Source of the DNA: Polyangiaceae bacterium
Lineage (GTDB): Bacteria; Myxococcota_A; Polyangia; Polyangiales; Polyangiaceae
Direction: 5' to 3'
DNA: 64,000 nucleotides
NCBI GenBank assembly: GCA_965222375.1
Contig: CBDCTZ010000015.1
Location: 800,001-864,000 of the forward strand
In this document: one piece after another, positions 55,861-64,000 of the stretch
Position numbering within the stretch: position 1 is the stretch's first letter
Layout of the letters: every line of letters begins with the position of its first letter
Notes under the pieces: model-generated
What the model was told of the DNA's origin: nothing
The model's database searches: none
What the model saw: the letters and a program-made list of their open reading frames with translations, nothing else
Program-made: the position numbers and the translations under genes

Positions 55861-58157
55861 AAGGCTTTCTTCTCGAGCGCTATCGCCGCCGCGCGTTGGG
55901 AGTCATCGCCACCCTGGGCTGCTTGCCATTGGCGTGGCACTTCGCCCCGAAGGACCGTCTGGTCGATAGTCAGAAGCTAGTCCGCCCTACTGACGCAGTC
56001 ATCGTGATCGACCGCCACGCGGTGCCACTGCGCCACACGCGATCTCGAGGTAGCTACCGACGCTGGGTCCCGATTTCGGAGATGTCGCCCTGGCTGATCA
56101 AGGCGGTGATCAGTGTCGAGGACCAGCGTTTCAGGACACATTCGGGCGTAGATCCACGAGCCATCGCCCGCGCATCCGTGATGAATCTATTGCCCGGCTC
56201 TCGGCTGAGCGGAGCGTCGACAATTACCCAGCAGCTGATCAAGCTCACCCACGGACGTCCTCGAGGGTTGGCGTCCAAAGGCGTCGAAGCCTTGCGAGCT
56301 TTGGCGCTTGAGGAACAGCTATCCAAGGATCAGATCTTGGAACAGTACTTGAACCGACTTCCCTATGGCGACTCTATCGTCGGCGTAGAACGCGCCAGCG
56401 AAGAGTACTTCGGAAAGTCAGCGAACGACCTCGACCTCGCAGAGGCTGCGCTCATCGCGGGAATTCCGCAGGCTCCGAGCATCACGGAACCACGGAGACA
56501 TTTGAGGCGCGCACTTGCTCGCCGCAACGTCGTACTCGAGCGAATGCGTGCGCTCTCGGTCATCGACGCCACGGCGCACGCGGCGGCGTCGAGGGATATA
56601 CCGTCCATTCGCCCTGGAATCGCACACCCTTGGAAAGCACCTCGTTTCGTCGATGCAGCATGGAGACAGTGGCGCCAGGGGCGTCTCGACCAGAAGAACG
56701 GAACCCTTGCCACCTCCCTCGACCACGAGCTTTCTCGACGCGCGGAGTACGAGCTGGCTCGGGTTGTTCGCAAGCTTTCCCCACGCGGTGTCGAGAACGG
56801 AGCCCTCGTCGTGGTCGCCAACGCCACCGGAGAAGTGCTGGCATATGTCGGAGCGGCATTGCGCGGTCCGTCAGCGGTAGCCGGAAAAATGGACCTCCTG
56901 CGCGCCAGGCGTCAACCCGGGTCCACCCTCAAGCCTTTCGTATATGAGCGACTCTTCGCGCGGGGGGCGACGGCAGCAACTCTCCTGAGAGACGTGTCCA
57001 CTCCCATGACCGGCGCCCGCGGCGAGTGGTTTCAGACTCGAGACTATGACGGGCGTGAGCGGGGACCCGTACGAGCGCGGGTGGCCTTAGCGACCTCGCT
57101 GAATCATGCGGCGCTCGATGCAGCACGTCAGGTGGGCGCCAGAGCGATCGTAGACCAGTTGACTCGCTTGGGCTTCGAGGACTTGGCCGAGGCTCGAAGC
57201 TACGGCGCAGCAATCGTGCTCGGTGGGGCAGATGTGACGCCGTTGGAGCTCGCACGAGCGTACATGGCACTGGCGCGTGGTGGCAGCGCCCTACCCCTGA
57301 CCTATGGACTCGAACGGCGTAGCCGCGGGAAAACCGTAATGGCGGCGGAAGCGGCGGCAATCACCATCGACATCCTGTCGGATCCGCGAGTTCGACGGGA
57401 CGCCTTTGGCACGGACCTGATCGACCTGGCTCAAACCAGGAAGTTCGGCTTGAAGACGGGAACATCCTCTTCTTTCAGAGATGCCTGGGCGGCGAGTTTC
57501 GACGAGCTGCACACCGTGGTCGTCTGGCTCGGCGACCCCGAACGCAAACCTCTCGCCAGGGTTTCCGGATTCGAGGCTGCAGCGCCGGTGGCCGCTCGCG
57601 TGCTTGGACTGGCTCGGCGCCGCGCCAAAGCCAACTCCGTCATTCCCGTGCAGCGACCCCAGGTGACACTTTCGTCCGTCGAGGTGTGCGCGTTTTCCGG
57701 ACGGAGACCCGGGCCGCGATGCACCCATCGAGTGCGCGAGCACTTTGGGCATGGCGCCGGCTTGTCTAGGCCCTGCGACGCCCACGACCGGGCGGGCAGA
57801 AGGTTAGTGGACCGGGAGCTGCGCGGATGGCTGCAACGAGAGCGGCCTGCCAACGTTGCATTTTCCCCGGATCAGAACGAAGCGCCACAGCGGCCGCTAG
57901 TCGTTGCCCATCCACGAGATGGAGCACGCCTGCTAGTGGATTCCAACCGGCCAACCACCCTCACTCTCCGCGCGAGGGCTGGCAACGCCACGCTTGCGGG
58001 CGTGGCGTTTCAGGTGGACGGCAAGCCGATTCACGAGGGGCGCTGGACCCTCACCCCCGGCAACCATGAAGTCGTCGCGACCTGGCGGGGCAACAAGAGC
58101 GCACCCGCGCGGGTCCGAGTCATTGCCGCAACGCCGACGCGCTTGCCTCGGCACTGA
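55857..58157 (+). CDS. pbpC: Penicillin-binding protein 1C (transglycosylase/transpeptidase)
   Basis: EDQRF, GASTITQQL, SxxK (GSTLKPF), SLN, KTGTS, C-terminal Cys module. ATGA overlap with the A2M gene. Confidence 0.88.
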   Translation: MKGFLLERYRRRALGVIATLGCLPLAWHFAPKDRLVDSQKLVRPTDAVIVIDRHAVPLRHTRSRGSYRRWVPISEMSPWLIKAVISVEDQRFRTHSGVDPRAIARASVMNLLPGSRLSGASTITQQLIKLTHGRPRGLASKGVEALRALALEEQLSKDQILEQYLNRLPYGDSIVGVERASEEYFGKSANDLDLAEAALIAGIPQAPSITEPRRHLRRALARRNVVLERMRALSVIDATAHAAASRDIPSIRPGIAHPWKAPRFVDAAWRQWRQGRLDQKNGTLATSLDHELSRRAEYELARVVRKLSPRGVENGALVVVANATGEVLAYVGAALRGPSAVAGKMDLLRARRQPGSTLKPFVYERLFARGATAATLLRDVSTPMTGARGEWFQTRDYDGRERGPVRARVALATSLNHAALDAARQVGARAIVDQLTRLGFEDLAEARSYGAAIVLGGADVTPLELARAYMALARGGSALPLTYGLERRSRGKTVMAAEAAAITIDILSDPRVRRDAFGTDLIDLAQTRKFGLKTGTSSSFRDAWAASFDELHTVVVWLGDPERKPLARVSGFEAAAPVAARVLGLARRRAKANSVIPVQRPQVTLSSVEVCAFSGRRPGPRCTHRVREHFGHGAGLSRPCDAHDRAGRRLVDRELRGWLQRERPANVAFSPDQNEAPQRPLVVAHPRDGARLLVDSNRPTTLTLRARAGNATLAGVAFQVDGKPIHEGRWTLTPGNHEVVATWRGNKSAPARVRVIAATPTRLPRH

Positions 58158-58166
58158 GCCCCGAGT

Positions 58167-58970
58167 TCACTCTTCGACGAGCATCGATTCCGGTACGGGC
58201 TTCAACTTGGTCGCGATCATCGCCGTGTAGAACAACGGTTCGCCATCGATGTTGATGCGATGGCGGTAGCGTCGCGTGGCTTCCAGACGAATGACCTCGT
58301 CGTGCACCATGCGGCGAATCAGGCCCGAGAAACCGTGAGTGTGACGGGCATCCAGGAACTCGTCCTTGATGTTGAACGCTAGGATGCCGCCCTCGGGTAT
58401 CAGCGAGAGAGCGTTGAAGTAGGCACGCGGAGGGATGTCCCCGAAACCGAGCGCAGCGACGCAGGCAAGAACGTTGGGCGCGAAGGCGACAATTCGCTGC
58501 CGGGTTTCCTCGCTCAGGTCGCACAAATCCGCGACTAGGTAGTCCTCGTACACCTTGGGACGGTCACGTTGCGCGGCCTGGCTTGCCTCGGAAATGATGT
58601 CGATACCGAGCACGTGCCGCACGCCCCGCTCACGCAAGCGCTCTCCCACGATGCCGTTCCCGGCACCCAAATCCAGCACGCGCAGCGAGTCCACGGGCTT
58701 GTCGAAATCCTGCCGCACCTCGTCGAGGAGCTTCACGACCCGCTCTGGCGAACGGCACTTGAGCATCTGATAGAACAGATGTTCGTACAGCCCCGGCCGT
58801 TGATAGATTTCGTCGTAGTCGTGGAATCGAAGTTTGTTCCAGCCGCCGTTTTCCTTGATCTCGCACCATTCGTGGTTCTGAGGCAGGTCTTCGTCGGTCT
58901 TCGGGAAACGCACTCGGCCTTCCCATTGGCTTTTTCGGTATCGATCTGTCTGGCTAGAAATATCCGTCAT
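58167..58970 (-). CDS. Class I SAM-dependent methyltransferase
   Basis: Motif I VLDLGAGNG, LGIDI, YLVADL, CVAALGFG. Confidence 0.88.
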   Translation of the reverse strand: MTDISSQTDRYRKSQWEGRVRFPKTDEDLPQNHEWCEIKENGGWNKLRFHDYDEIYQRPGLYEHLFYQMLKCRSPERVVKLLDEVRQDFDKPVDSLRVLDLGAGNGIVGERLRERGVRHVLGIDIISEASQAAQRDRPKVYEDYLVADLCDLSEETRQRIVAFAPNVLACVAALGFGDIPPRAYFNALSLIPEGGILAFNIKDEFLDARHTHGFSGLIRRMVHDEVIRLEATRRYRHRINIDGEPLFYTAMIATKLKPVPESMLVEE

Positions 58971-59183
58971 TCCACTGCTTTTCACGAGTAAGTGGGGGAG
59001 CCACACAGGCTTCCGGGGCTGGGCCAAGGAGGCCGCCGCCACACGAGCTGTGCGAAGCACCTTGTCTTGTAACACAACCGACGCACACTTTGCGGGTCTC
59101 GACCGGTTTCTCGAAGATCCGCGACGTATCAGCGGCCCGAACGGCGGCGTGTACTGGCCTCACGTGCAGTGATTTTTGTCAGT

Positions 59184-59501
59184 CTACGGATCCGCACTTA
59201 TCGAAACGCTCTTGATCCGAATCGTCTGCCCCGGGGCCAGTGCTTCGAAGGAAGCGCGATACTGGAAGTAGTGTCCGGACAAATCCGCTCAGCGCCTGCG
59301 TCGATGTCACGCTCGGTCCGTCGCCGTTATCAGAAAAGAAGCTGCCCGCCGTGCCATCGGCCCTCTGAAGAGGCGCATCGGCGGAACACTGGCTATCGGC
59401 GCAAACCCGTACTTGGAAGCGCAAGCGCAAGCGCGTACGATGATAGATTGTGGCGATGTCCGCCGCGGTCAGGGCAGCTTCCACACGGCGGCTTCGTCGA
59501 A
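59184..59501 (-). pseudogene. Frameshifted C-terminal remnant of a LamG-domain surface protein
   Basis: Across frames: FDEAAVW / AALTAADIATIYHR...LRFQVRVCADSQC...DGTAGSFF / HYFQYRASFE...IKSVSI*. Confidence 0.55.
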
Positions 59502-59649
59502 CGTAGGGGGGTCGTGTAAGTCGTCAGCCCCAGCCGCAGACAAGTCACCCACGCGACAACGGACGTGACGATCGCGAGCACGCGGCCACAGGCTATCATC
59601 ACCGCCTGCCGTGCGTCCGACGTCCTCGGCGGCTCATGCTAGACTAGGC

Positions 59650-60315
59650 GTGTTGCGGACCCTTGCCTGTTTCCTTCTTTTCCTGGGTGGCTGCAGCGTC
59701 TTTCCGGACGAGGCACCTACGGTCGGCGGGGCCGCGGGCGGCGCCGGGCTAGGAGGCAGCGCTGCCGTCGGGGGCGTTGGCGCCAGCAGTGGCGCGGCGG
59801 CGGGTGGTACGTCGGGTGCCAATACGGGTGGCGCCTCCGGTGGCAATACGGGTGGTACGTCGGGCGCGAATACAGGAGGCAATGGCGGGCTCGCTTGCGG
59901 CTCCTTCGACCCACCGACGACGAGCGACTGCCCCGCCAAGTGCAATGGTGGCTGCGCCAACAAGCAGTGCGTCATCCGCTGCGCCTCGAAGGACGTCTGT
60001 CAGGGGGACAACATCCAGTGCCCACCGGATCTCAACTGCCGAGTGGAGTGCCTCGCCGTGGGCTCCTGCGCCAATGCGAATGTGAGCTGCGCAGAGGGGC
60101 GCCAGTGCACGATGTTCTGCTCGGCCAAGGATGGCTGCCCGGGCGCCAAGTTCAACTGCTCGACAGGCCCGTGCAAGATGGAGTGCGACGTCAACTCCGG
60201 TGTGTGCGACGGAGTCACTGTGACCTGCGGCACCAACCGTTGTGAGGGAAGCTGCGCGGGCAGTTCGAAGCCGAGTTTCGCCTGTGGGCCGTCCTGCGAC
60301 TGTCAGAGCTGCTGA
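59650..60315 (+). CDS. Cys-rich lipoprotein
   Basis: Lipobox LGGC, Gly linker, regular Cys-spaced repeats. Confidence 0.8.
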   Translation: MLRTLACFLLFLGGCSVFPDEAPTVGGAAGGAGLGGSAAVGGVGASSGAAAGGTSGANTGGASGGNTGGTSGANTGGNGGLACGSFDPPTTSDCPAKCNGGCANKQCVIRCASKDVCQGDNIQCPPDLNCRVECLAVGSCANANVSCAEGRQCTMFCSAKDGCPGAKFNCSTGPCKMECDVNSGVCDGVTVTCGTNRCEGSCAGSSKPSFACGPSCDCQSC

Positions 60316-60377
60316 CTCGGTTTTTGGGGGGGTCGCATCCCTACCGCGCCCCGGGCCACTATTCTCGCCCTGGGCCG

Positions 60378-61100
60378 CTAGGTTCCGCTGCCCAAGCGAC
60401 TCGCAAGATCGCCGTGTTGATGGATGGCAGCGAGCTGTCCGGGGGTGCGCCCCTTTTCGTCGCGCTGCTTCAGATTGGCGCCGAGCATCACGAATAGCTC
60501 CGCGGCCTTTTCGTGGCCCTGCTTGGCGGCCTCGTGCAGGCAGCTGCACTCCCGGTCGTCCAGGGCGTCGACGTTGGCGCCGACGGACAGCAAGTAGCGG
60601 GCGGCGTCGACGGCATTGCGTCGGGCCGCGTAGTGCAGCGGTCGCGCCCCCTTGTTGTCGGGGTGGTTCGGGTCATCGCCGCCCACGATGCACTCTTTGA
60701 CCTTCGCAGCGTCGTTCTTCTGGGCTGCCTGATGGATCGACAGGCGACGCCGTCCGATGACCTCGAAGGACGCATCCGCATGCACCCGCAGAGCGCCGCC
60801 TTTCTTTACCTCCAGCGTGGCGACCCGCATCTGCTCGATCACGATCTTTTCGCTGCAGAAGGGACAGAACAGTCCATCCGCCGGAACCGCCGCGCCACAA
60901 AACGGGCAGTCTCGCCTTTCGCCGGCTTTGAACCCAACCACCAGGGAAGCACCGTTTTCGATCACGAGGCCACCGTCGCCGGAAGCGCCGAAACCTAAGT
61001 CTTCGAAGCCCGTCGAGTGGCCGCAGTACGGACACAGCCGCACGCAGTCGGCCGCGGCGGCTCCGCAATGGGTGCACTTCAATACGTAGCGCTTGCTCAC
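60378..61100 (-). CDS. Zinc-ribbon plus ankyrin-repeat protein
   Basis: Four CxxC pairs (CTHC, CPYC, CPFC, CPFC); ankyrin motifs RPLHYAA, CLHEAAKQGH, GRTPGQLA. Confidence 0.85.
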   Translation of the reverse strand: MSKRYVLKCTHCGAAAADCVRLCPYCGHSTGFEDLGFGASGDGGLVIENGASLVVGFKAGERRDCPFCGAAVPADGLFCPFCSEKIVIEQMRVATLEVKKGGALRVHADASFEVIGRRRLSIHQAAQKNDAAKVKECIVGGDDPNHPDNKGARPLHYAARRNAVDAARYLLSVGANVDALDDRECSCLHEAAKQGHEKAAELFVMLGANLKQRDEKGRTPGQLAAIHQHGDLASRLGSGT

Positions 61101-61383
61101 CAACTCGCTCCAAGCTTCTCCGCCGCCCCGGCCCGGCCCACAGCGGGAGTAGCTATTGTGCCATAGCGATGAGGCGCGTGTGACGCGCTTCGCGATGCCC
61201 GACGGGGCAACCTGAAAGGGTACAACCCCAACCGAAACCCAAACAAAGGCAGCAACCGGACAGCCGCCAAGACCGACAAAGTGCCCTCCCAACGCAAGGG
61301 TGGGTCTCGAGGGCGTTTTTGGGCTCCCCGGCCCGGCTGCCTCGAATAGGAATGTGGCGAGAGTGCGTGGCGTTGAAGACTTG

Positions 61384-61848
61384 ATGTCCAGACCGAGTTT
61401 CTTGTTGCTGCCTCTGGCGCTGTCGCTCCTCAGTGTGGGTTGCGACGGCAAGCCAGCCCGCCCCGCCGAGGCACCGGCACAAGCGGCGGCACCGACGCAA
61501 ACCGGCGGCGCAGCGTCGACGCTCGACAGCGAAGATGCCAACTCATCCGTAGCGAGCGTGCCGACAAACACTGCGGCTTCCCCCCGCGCTGACGGTTGTC
61601 ACGTGATGAACAAGACCTCGATGCCGTTGGAGCTCAGCGACACAGCCATCGACGAACCCCTGGGTGTGATTGCGCCCGGGAGTTCCATGGTTGCAGGTGG
61701 GCACTTCAAGGTCGTCGCGAAGAAGGGCGGCGAAGTGCAAGGCTACTGCGCCACGGGAACGACCGTTACCGTTGTGCGGCACGCTAAGTCCTTGAAGCTC
61801 TTGGGAGAAGACGGCCAAACGCTGCCACCTGAAGGACAAGGCCCCTAG
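61384..61848 (+). CDS. Small hypothetical lipoprotein
   Basis: Lipobox SVGC after a hydrophobic signal. Confidence 0.7.
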   Translation: MSRPSFLLLPLALSLLSVGCDGKPARPAEAPAQAAAPTQTGGAASTLDSEDANSSVASVPTNTAASPRADGCHVMNKTSMPLELSDTAIDEPLGVIAPGSSMVAGGHFKVVAKKGGEVQGYCATGTTVTVVRHAKSLKLLGEDGQTLPPEGQGP

Positions 61849-61889
61849 GCGCCAGTGAGCGGCACGCGAGAATCTGATACCGTTGCGGC

Positions 61890-63101
61890 ATGCTGCTCGA
61901 CCTATCCGCACCGAGGCAGGCGCCCAGGAAGCTCTGGGCGATTGGAACTAGTTGTGTAGCCCTCGTGGCGTGCGCACTGGCGGCGTGCTCGAGCAGCTCG
62001 ACAGGCAAGAGTAGCAGCGCAACCGGGGGGCAAGCGGGCGCTGCGGGGAGCGGCGCAAGCGCAGGCAGCGGCGGCAGCGCAGGTGTGAGCGGTAGCGGGG
62101 GTAGCGCGGGAGCGAGCGGCAGTGCTGGGAGCGCAGGGGCGGGCGGCACAACGTGTTCGAGCAACATCGGGAAGGCGCCGCAACCCGTTGGCGCGACGGT
62201 TGCGAGCAACCCACGCACGTTGGCGCTCACTGAAACCGGGCTCTACTTCGCAGGCGACACACCCGCGGAGGGCACTCTCGAATACGTGGCAGGCCCAGGC
62301 GCAACGCCCACGGTGTTCAAGGCGCCGGGTAGCGCCTTCTGGGGCGTCGCCACCGACGGCAGCATGTACTTCGCTGCCGATTCCGCGCAGATGGCCATTC
62401 AGCACGAAGCCATCGGAACGTTCCCTCCGAAGCAAACGTCGGTTGCTCCAGCAGTCCCATACCTTGTCGCCGTGGATGCAACGCACGTCTACTTTGACGA
62501 CAACGCCAAGAGCGAGATTCGCCGCTTTGCAAAGGCGGGAGGCAAGGACGAGCTCGTCGCACCCAACGTGCCGGGGGTCTGGAACATCGCATCCGACGGC
62601 AAACACCTATGGGCAACCGCGGACGACGATACGCTGCGGCGCATCACGAAGGCGGATGGCTCCACGCTACCCGTCCTGGTTCCCGGCGCCCTGGACCTTC
62701 GCGGGCTGGCGGTGACCGCTTCTCACGTCTACTTCGCAACCTGGGACGTTACCGGCAAGTGCCCCACGAACACCACGAGCACGCTCTATCGTGTGGGCAA
62801 GGATGGGACGAAACTGAAGGCGCTGACCGGCAAGGTGGGCGCGATCACGTCCATGGCCGCGGACGGTTGCCATCTGTACTACACGGAAATCGGCACCTGT
62901 GCGTGGTTTACGGACGGACGGCTCATGCGCATTGCCTTGGACACGGATTCGCCCACACCCGAGGAGCTCGTCAAGGACCAAGGTCGGCCCATGGCTGTAG
63001 CGGCCAACTCCAAGTCGGTGTTCTGGATGAACGCGGGAAGTCTTTCCGGTCCGGGCGCTCCATCGGTCGTCCCGGCGGGCGTACAGCGCCTGGACAAGTA
63101 G
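61890..63101 (+). CDS. Beta-propeller lipoprotein
   Basis: Lipobox LAAC, Gly/Ser linker, blades VAVDATHVYF, IASDGKHLW, LAVTASHVYF, VAANSKSVFW. Confidence 0.85.
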   Translation: MLLDLSAPRQAPRKLWAIGTSCVALVACALAACSSSSTGKSSSATGGQAGAAGSGASAGSGGSAGVSGSGGSAGASGSAGSAGAGGTTCSSNIGKAPQPVGATVASNPRTLALTETGLYFAGDTPAEGTLEYVAGPGATPTVFKAPGSAFWGVATDGSMYFAADSAQMAIQHEAIGTFPPKQTSVAPAVPYLVAVDATHVYFDDNAKSEIRRFAKAGGKDELVAPNVPGVWNIASDGKHLWATADDDTLRRITKADGSTLPVLVPGALDLRGLAVTASHVYFATWDVTGKCPTNTTSTLYRVGKDGTKLKALTGKVGAITSMAADGCHLYYTEIGTCAWFTDGRLMRIALDTDSPTPEELVKDQGRPMAVAANSKSVFWMNAGSLSGPGAPSVVPAGVQRLDK

Positions 63102-63110
63102 CGGTCATTC

Positions 63111-63298
63111 ACAGGGATCGCTGCGAGGCACGGAGACAATCGTTGCATCAGCGAGCTCGCGCTGCCGACACGAAAGGGCTCGCTACGAGGCACGGAGACA
63201 ATCGTTGCATCAGCGAGCTCGCGCTGCCGACACGAAAGGGCTCGCTACGAGGCACGGAGACAATCGTTGCATCAGCGAGCTCGCGCCGCTGACACGAA
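63111..63298. repeat. 62-bp tandem repeat, three copies
   Basis: cgaggcacggagacaatcgttgcatcagcgagctcgcgc starts at 63124, 63186 and 63248. The third copy contains the GT2 stop codon. Confidence 0.95.
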
Positions 63299-64000
63299 CT
63301 CCCGCAGGCCAGCGAGTTTGCCCCGGTACGTGGCGAGCACGGTTCTCGGAGTGACGCCGGGCTCGCGCATGGCGGCGCGGCCGAGGATTGAAAATGCGTC
63401 GATCAAGAAGCTGTAGACGAGAAACGCGCCACGACGACCGGGACCCAGGTTTTTCATCATCACATACACGCAGTTGTGTTGGATGAAGTAGGCTTTCTCA
63501 GCGTCCGCTCCCGGGCGAGCACCCGCAAGATGGCGCGGAGCATCTTGGTAGTGATCCACGGTGAGTGAGCCGTCGAAGAGAATACGGTACCCCTGCTTGC
63601 GCACGGCAAAGCCCAGATCGGTTTCGTAGTGGTGGGCATTGCCTAGGATGCGTTCGTCGAATTCGGGCATCAGCTCGCAGCGATAGCTCATGTTCACACC
63701 CTTGAGATGCTCCGCGTAGGCGACACCATCGAAGTGCTTCTCGTGGTTGCCGACGATCTTGCCGAACCAATAGATCCGACCCACCGTCGTCGCCGAACTT
63801 TCCACGACGCCACGCTCGGTGTGTATGATGTCTCGACCGCCCACGGCGCCCAGCTTCGGATCCGAATCGAACCAGTGCTCGATGCGCTCCAGCCAATCCG
63901 GCCAGGCAGCAGCATCATCATCGATGAAGCACACGATGTTGCCGGTCAGCAGCTTCATGCCAACACGATTCGCCGCGAGCACGCCGGGCTCAGTGACACG
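63272..64000 (-). CDS. Glycosyltransferase family 2 (5' partial)
   Basis: ANRVG...IVCFIDDD, GAVGG, KGVNMSYR, FDERI, YETDLG. Frame is open to the window end. Confidence 0.9.
   Translation of the reverse strand, partial: RVTEPGVLAANRVGMKLLTGNIVCFIDDDAAAWPDWLERIEHWFDSDPKLGAVGGRDIIHTERGVVESSATTVGRIYWFGKIVGNHEKHFDGVAYAEHLKGVNMSYRCELMPEFDERILGNAHHYETDLGFAVRKQGYRILFDGSLTVDHYQDAPRHLAGARPGADAEKAYFIQHNCVYVMMKNLGPGRRGAFLVYSFLIDAFSILGRAAMREPGVTPRTVLATYRGKLAGLREFVSAARAR

Noticed and set aside
63111..63298. Possible CRISPR array
   Set aside because: Units are contiguous near-identical 62-mers with no unique spacers, and no cas genes are present.

Overview
GC-rich bacterial DNA whose gene content points to Myxococcota, probably Polyangiaceae-like (inferred from Gly/Ser-linker lipoproteins, MYXO-CTERM-type tails, an FHA-sigma54 activator, a Myxococcales-type sigma factor and Ser/Thr kinases). 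About 45 CDS, mostly secreted or lipoproteins; no rRNA, tRNA, CRISPR or transposase recognised. Main result: a candidate co-regulated surface glycan-degradation system at about 24.8-40.4 kb. It has five beta-jelly-roll polysaccharide-lyase-like lipoproteins and two beta-helix lipoproteins in four transcription units. Each unit has a sigma54 (-24/-12) promoter and a shared 35-bp palindromic enhancer-like element (GTGAC-N6-GTCAC-N3-GTGAC-N6-GTCAC) about 50 bp upstream. A membrane Ser/Thr kinase and an FHA-domain sigma54 activator lie next to it. Nine sigma54-like promoters in the window all sit 15-18 nt before an ATG, implying near-leaderless mRNAs. Second result: a lipoprotein with an intact Hint (intein-like) domain right behind its lipid anchor, bracketed by a diverged duplication of the neighbouring gene's 3' end. 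Also present: an alpha-2-macroglobulin/pbpC operon lacking the CxEQ thioester, three dispersed paralogous beta-propeller lipoproteins, several gene remnants and a 62-bp tandem triplication. All calls are by eye; no searches were run.
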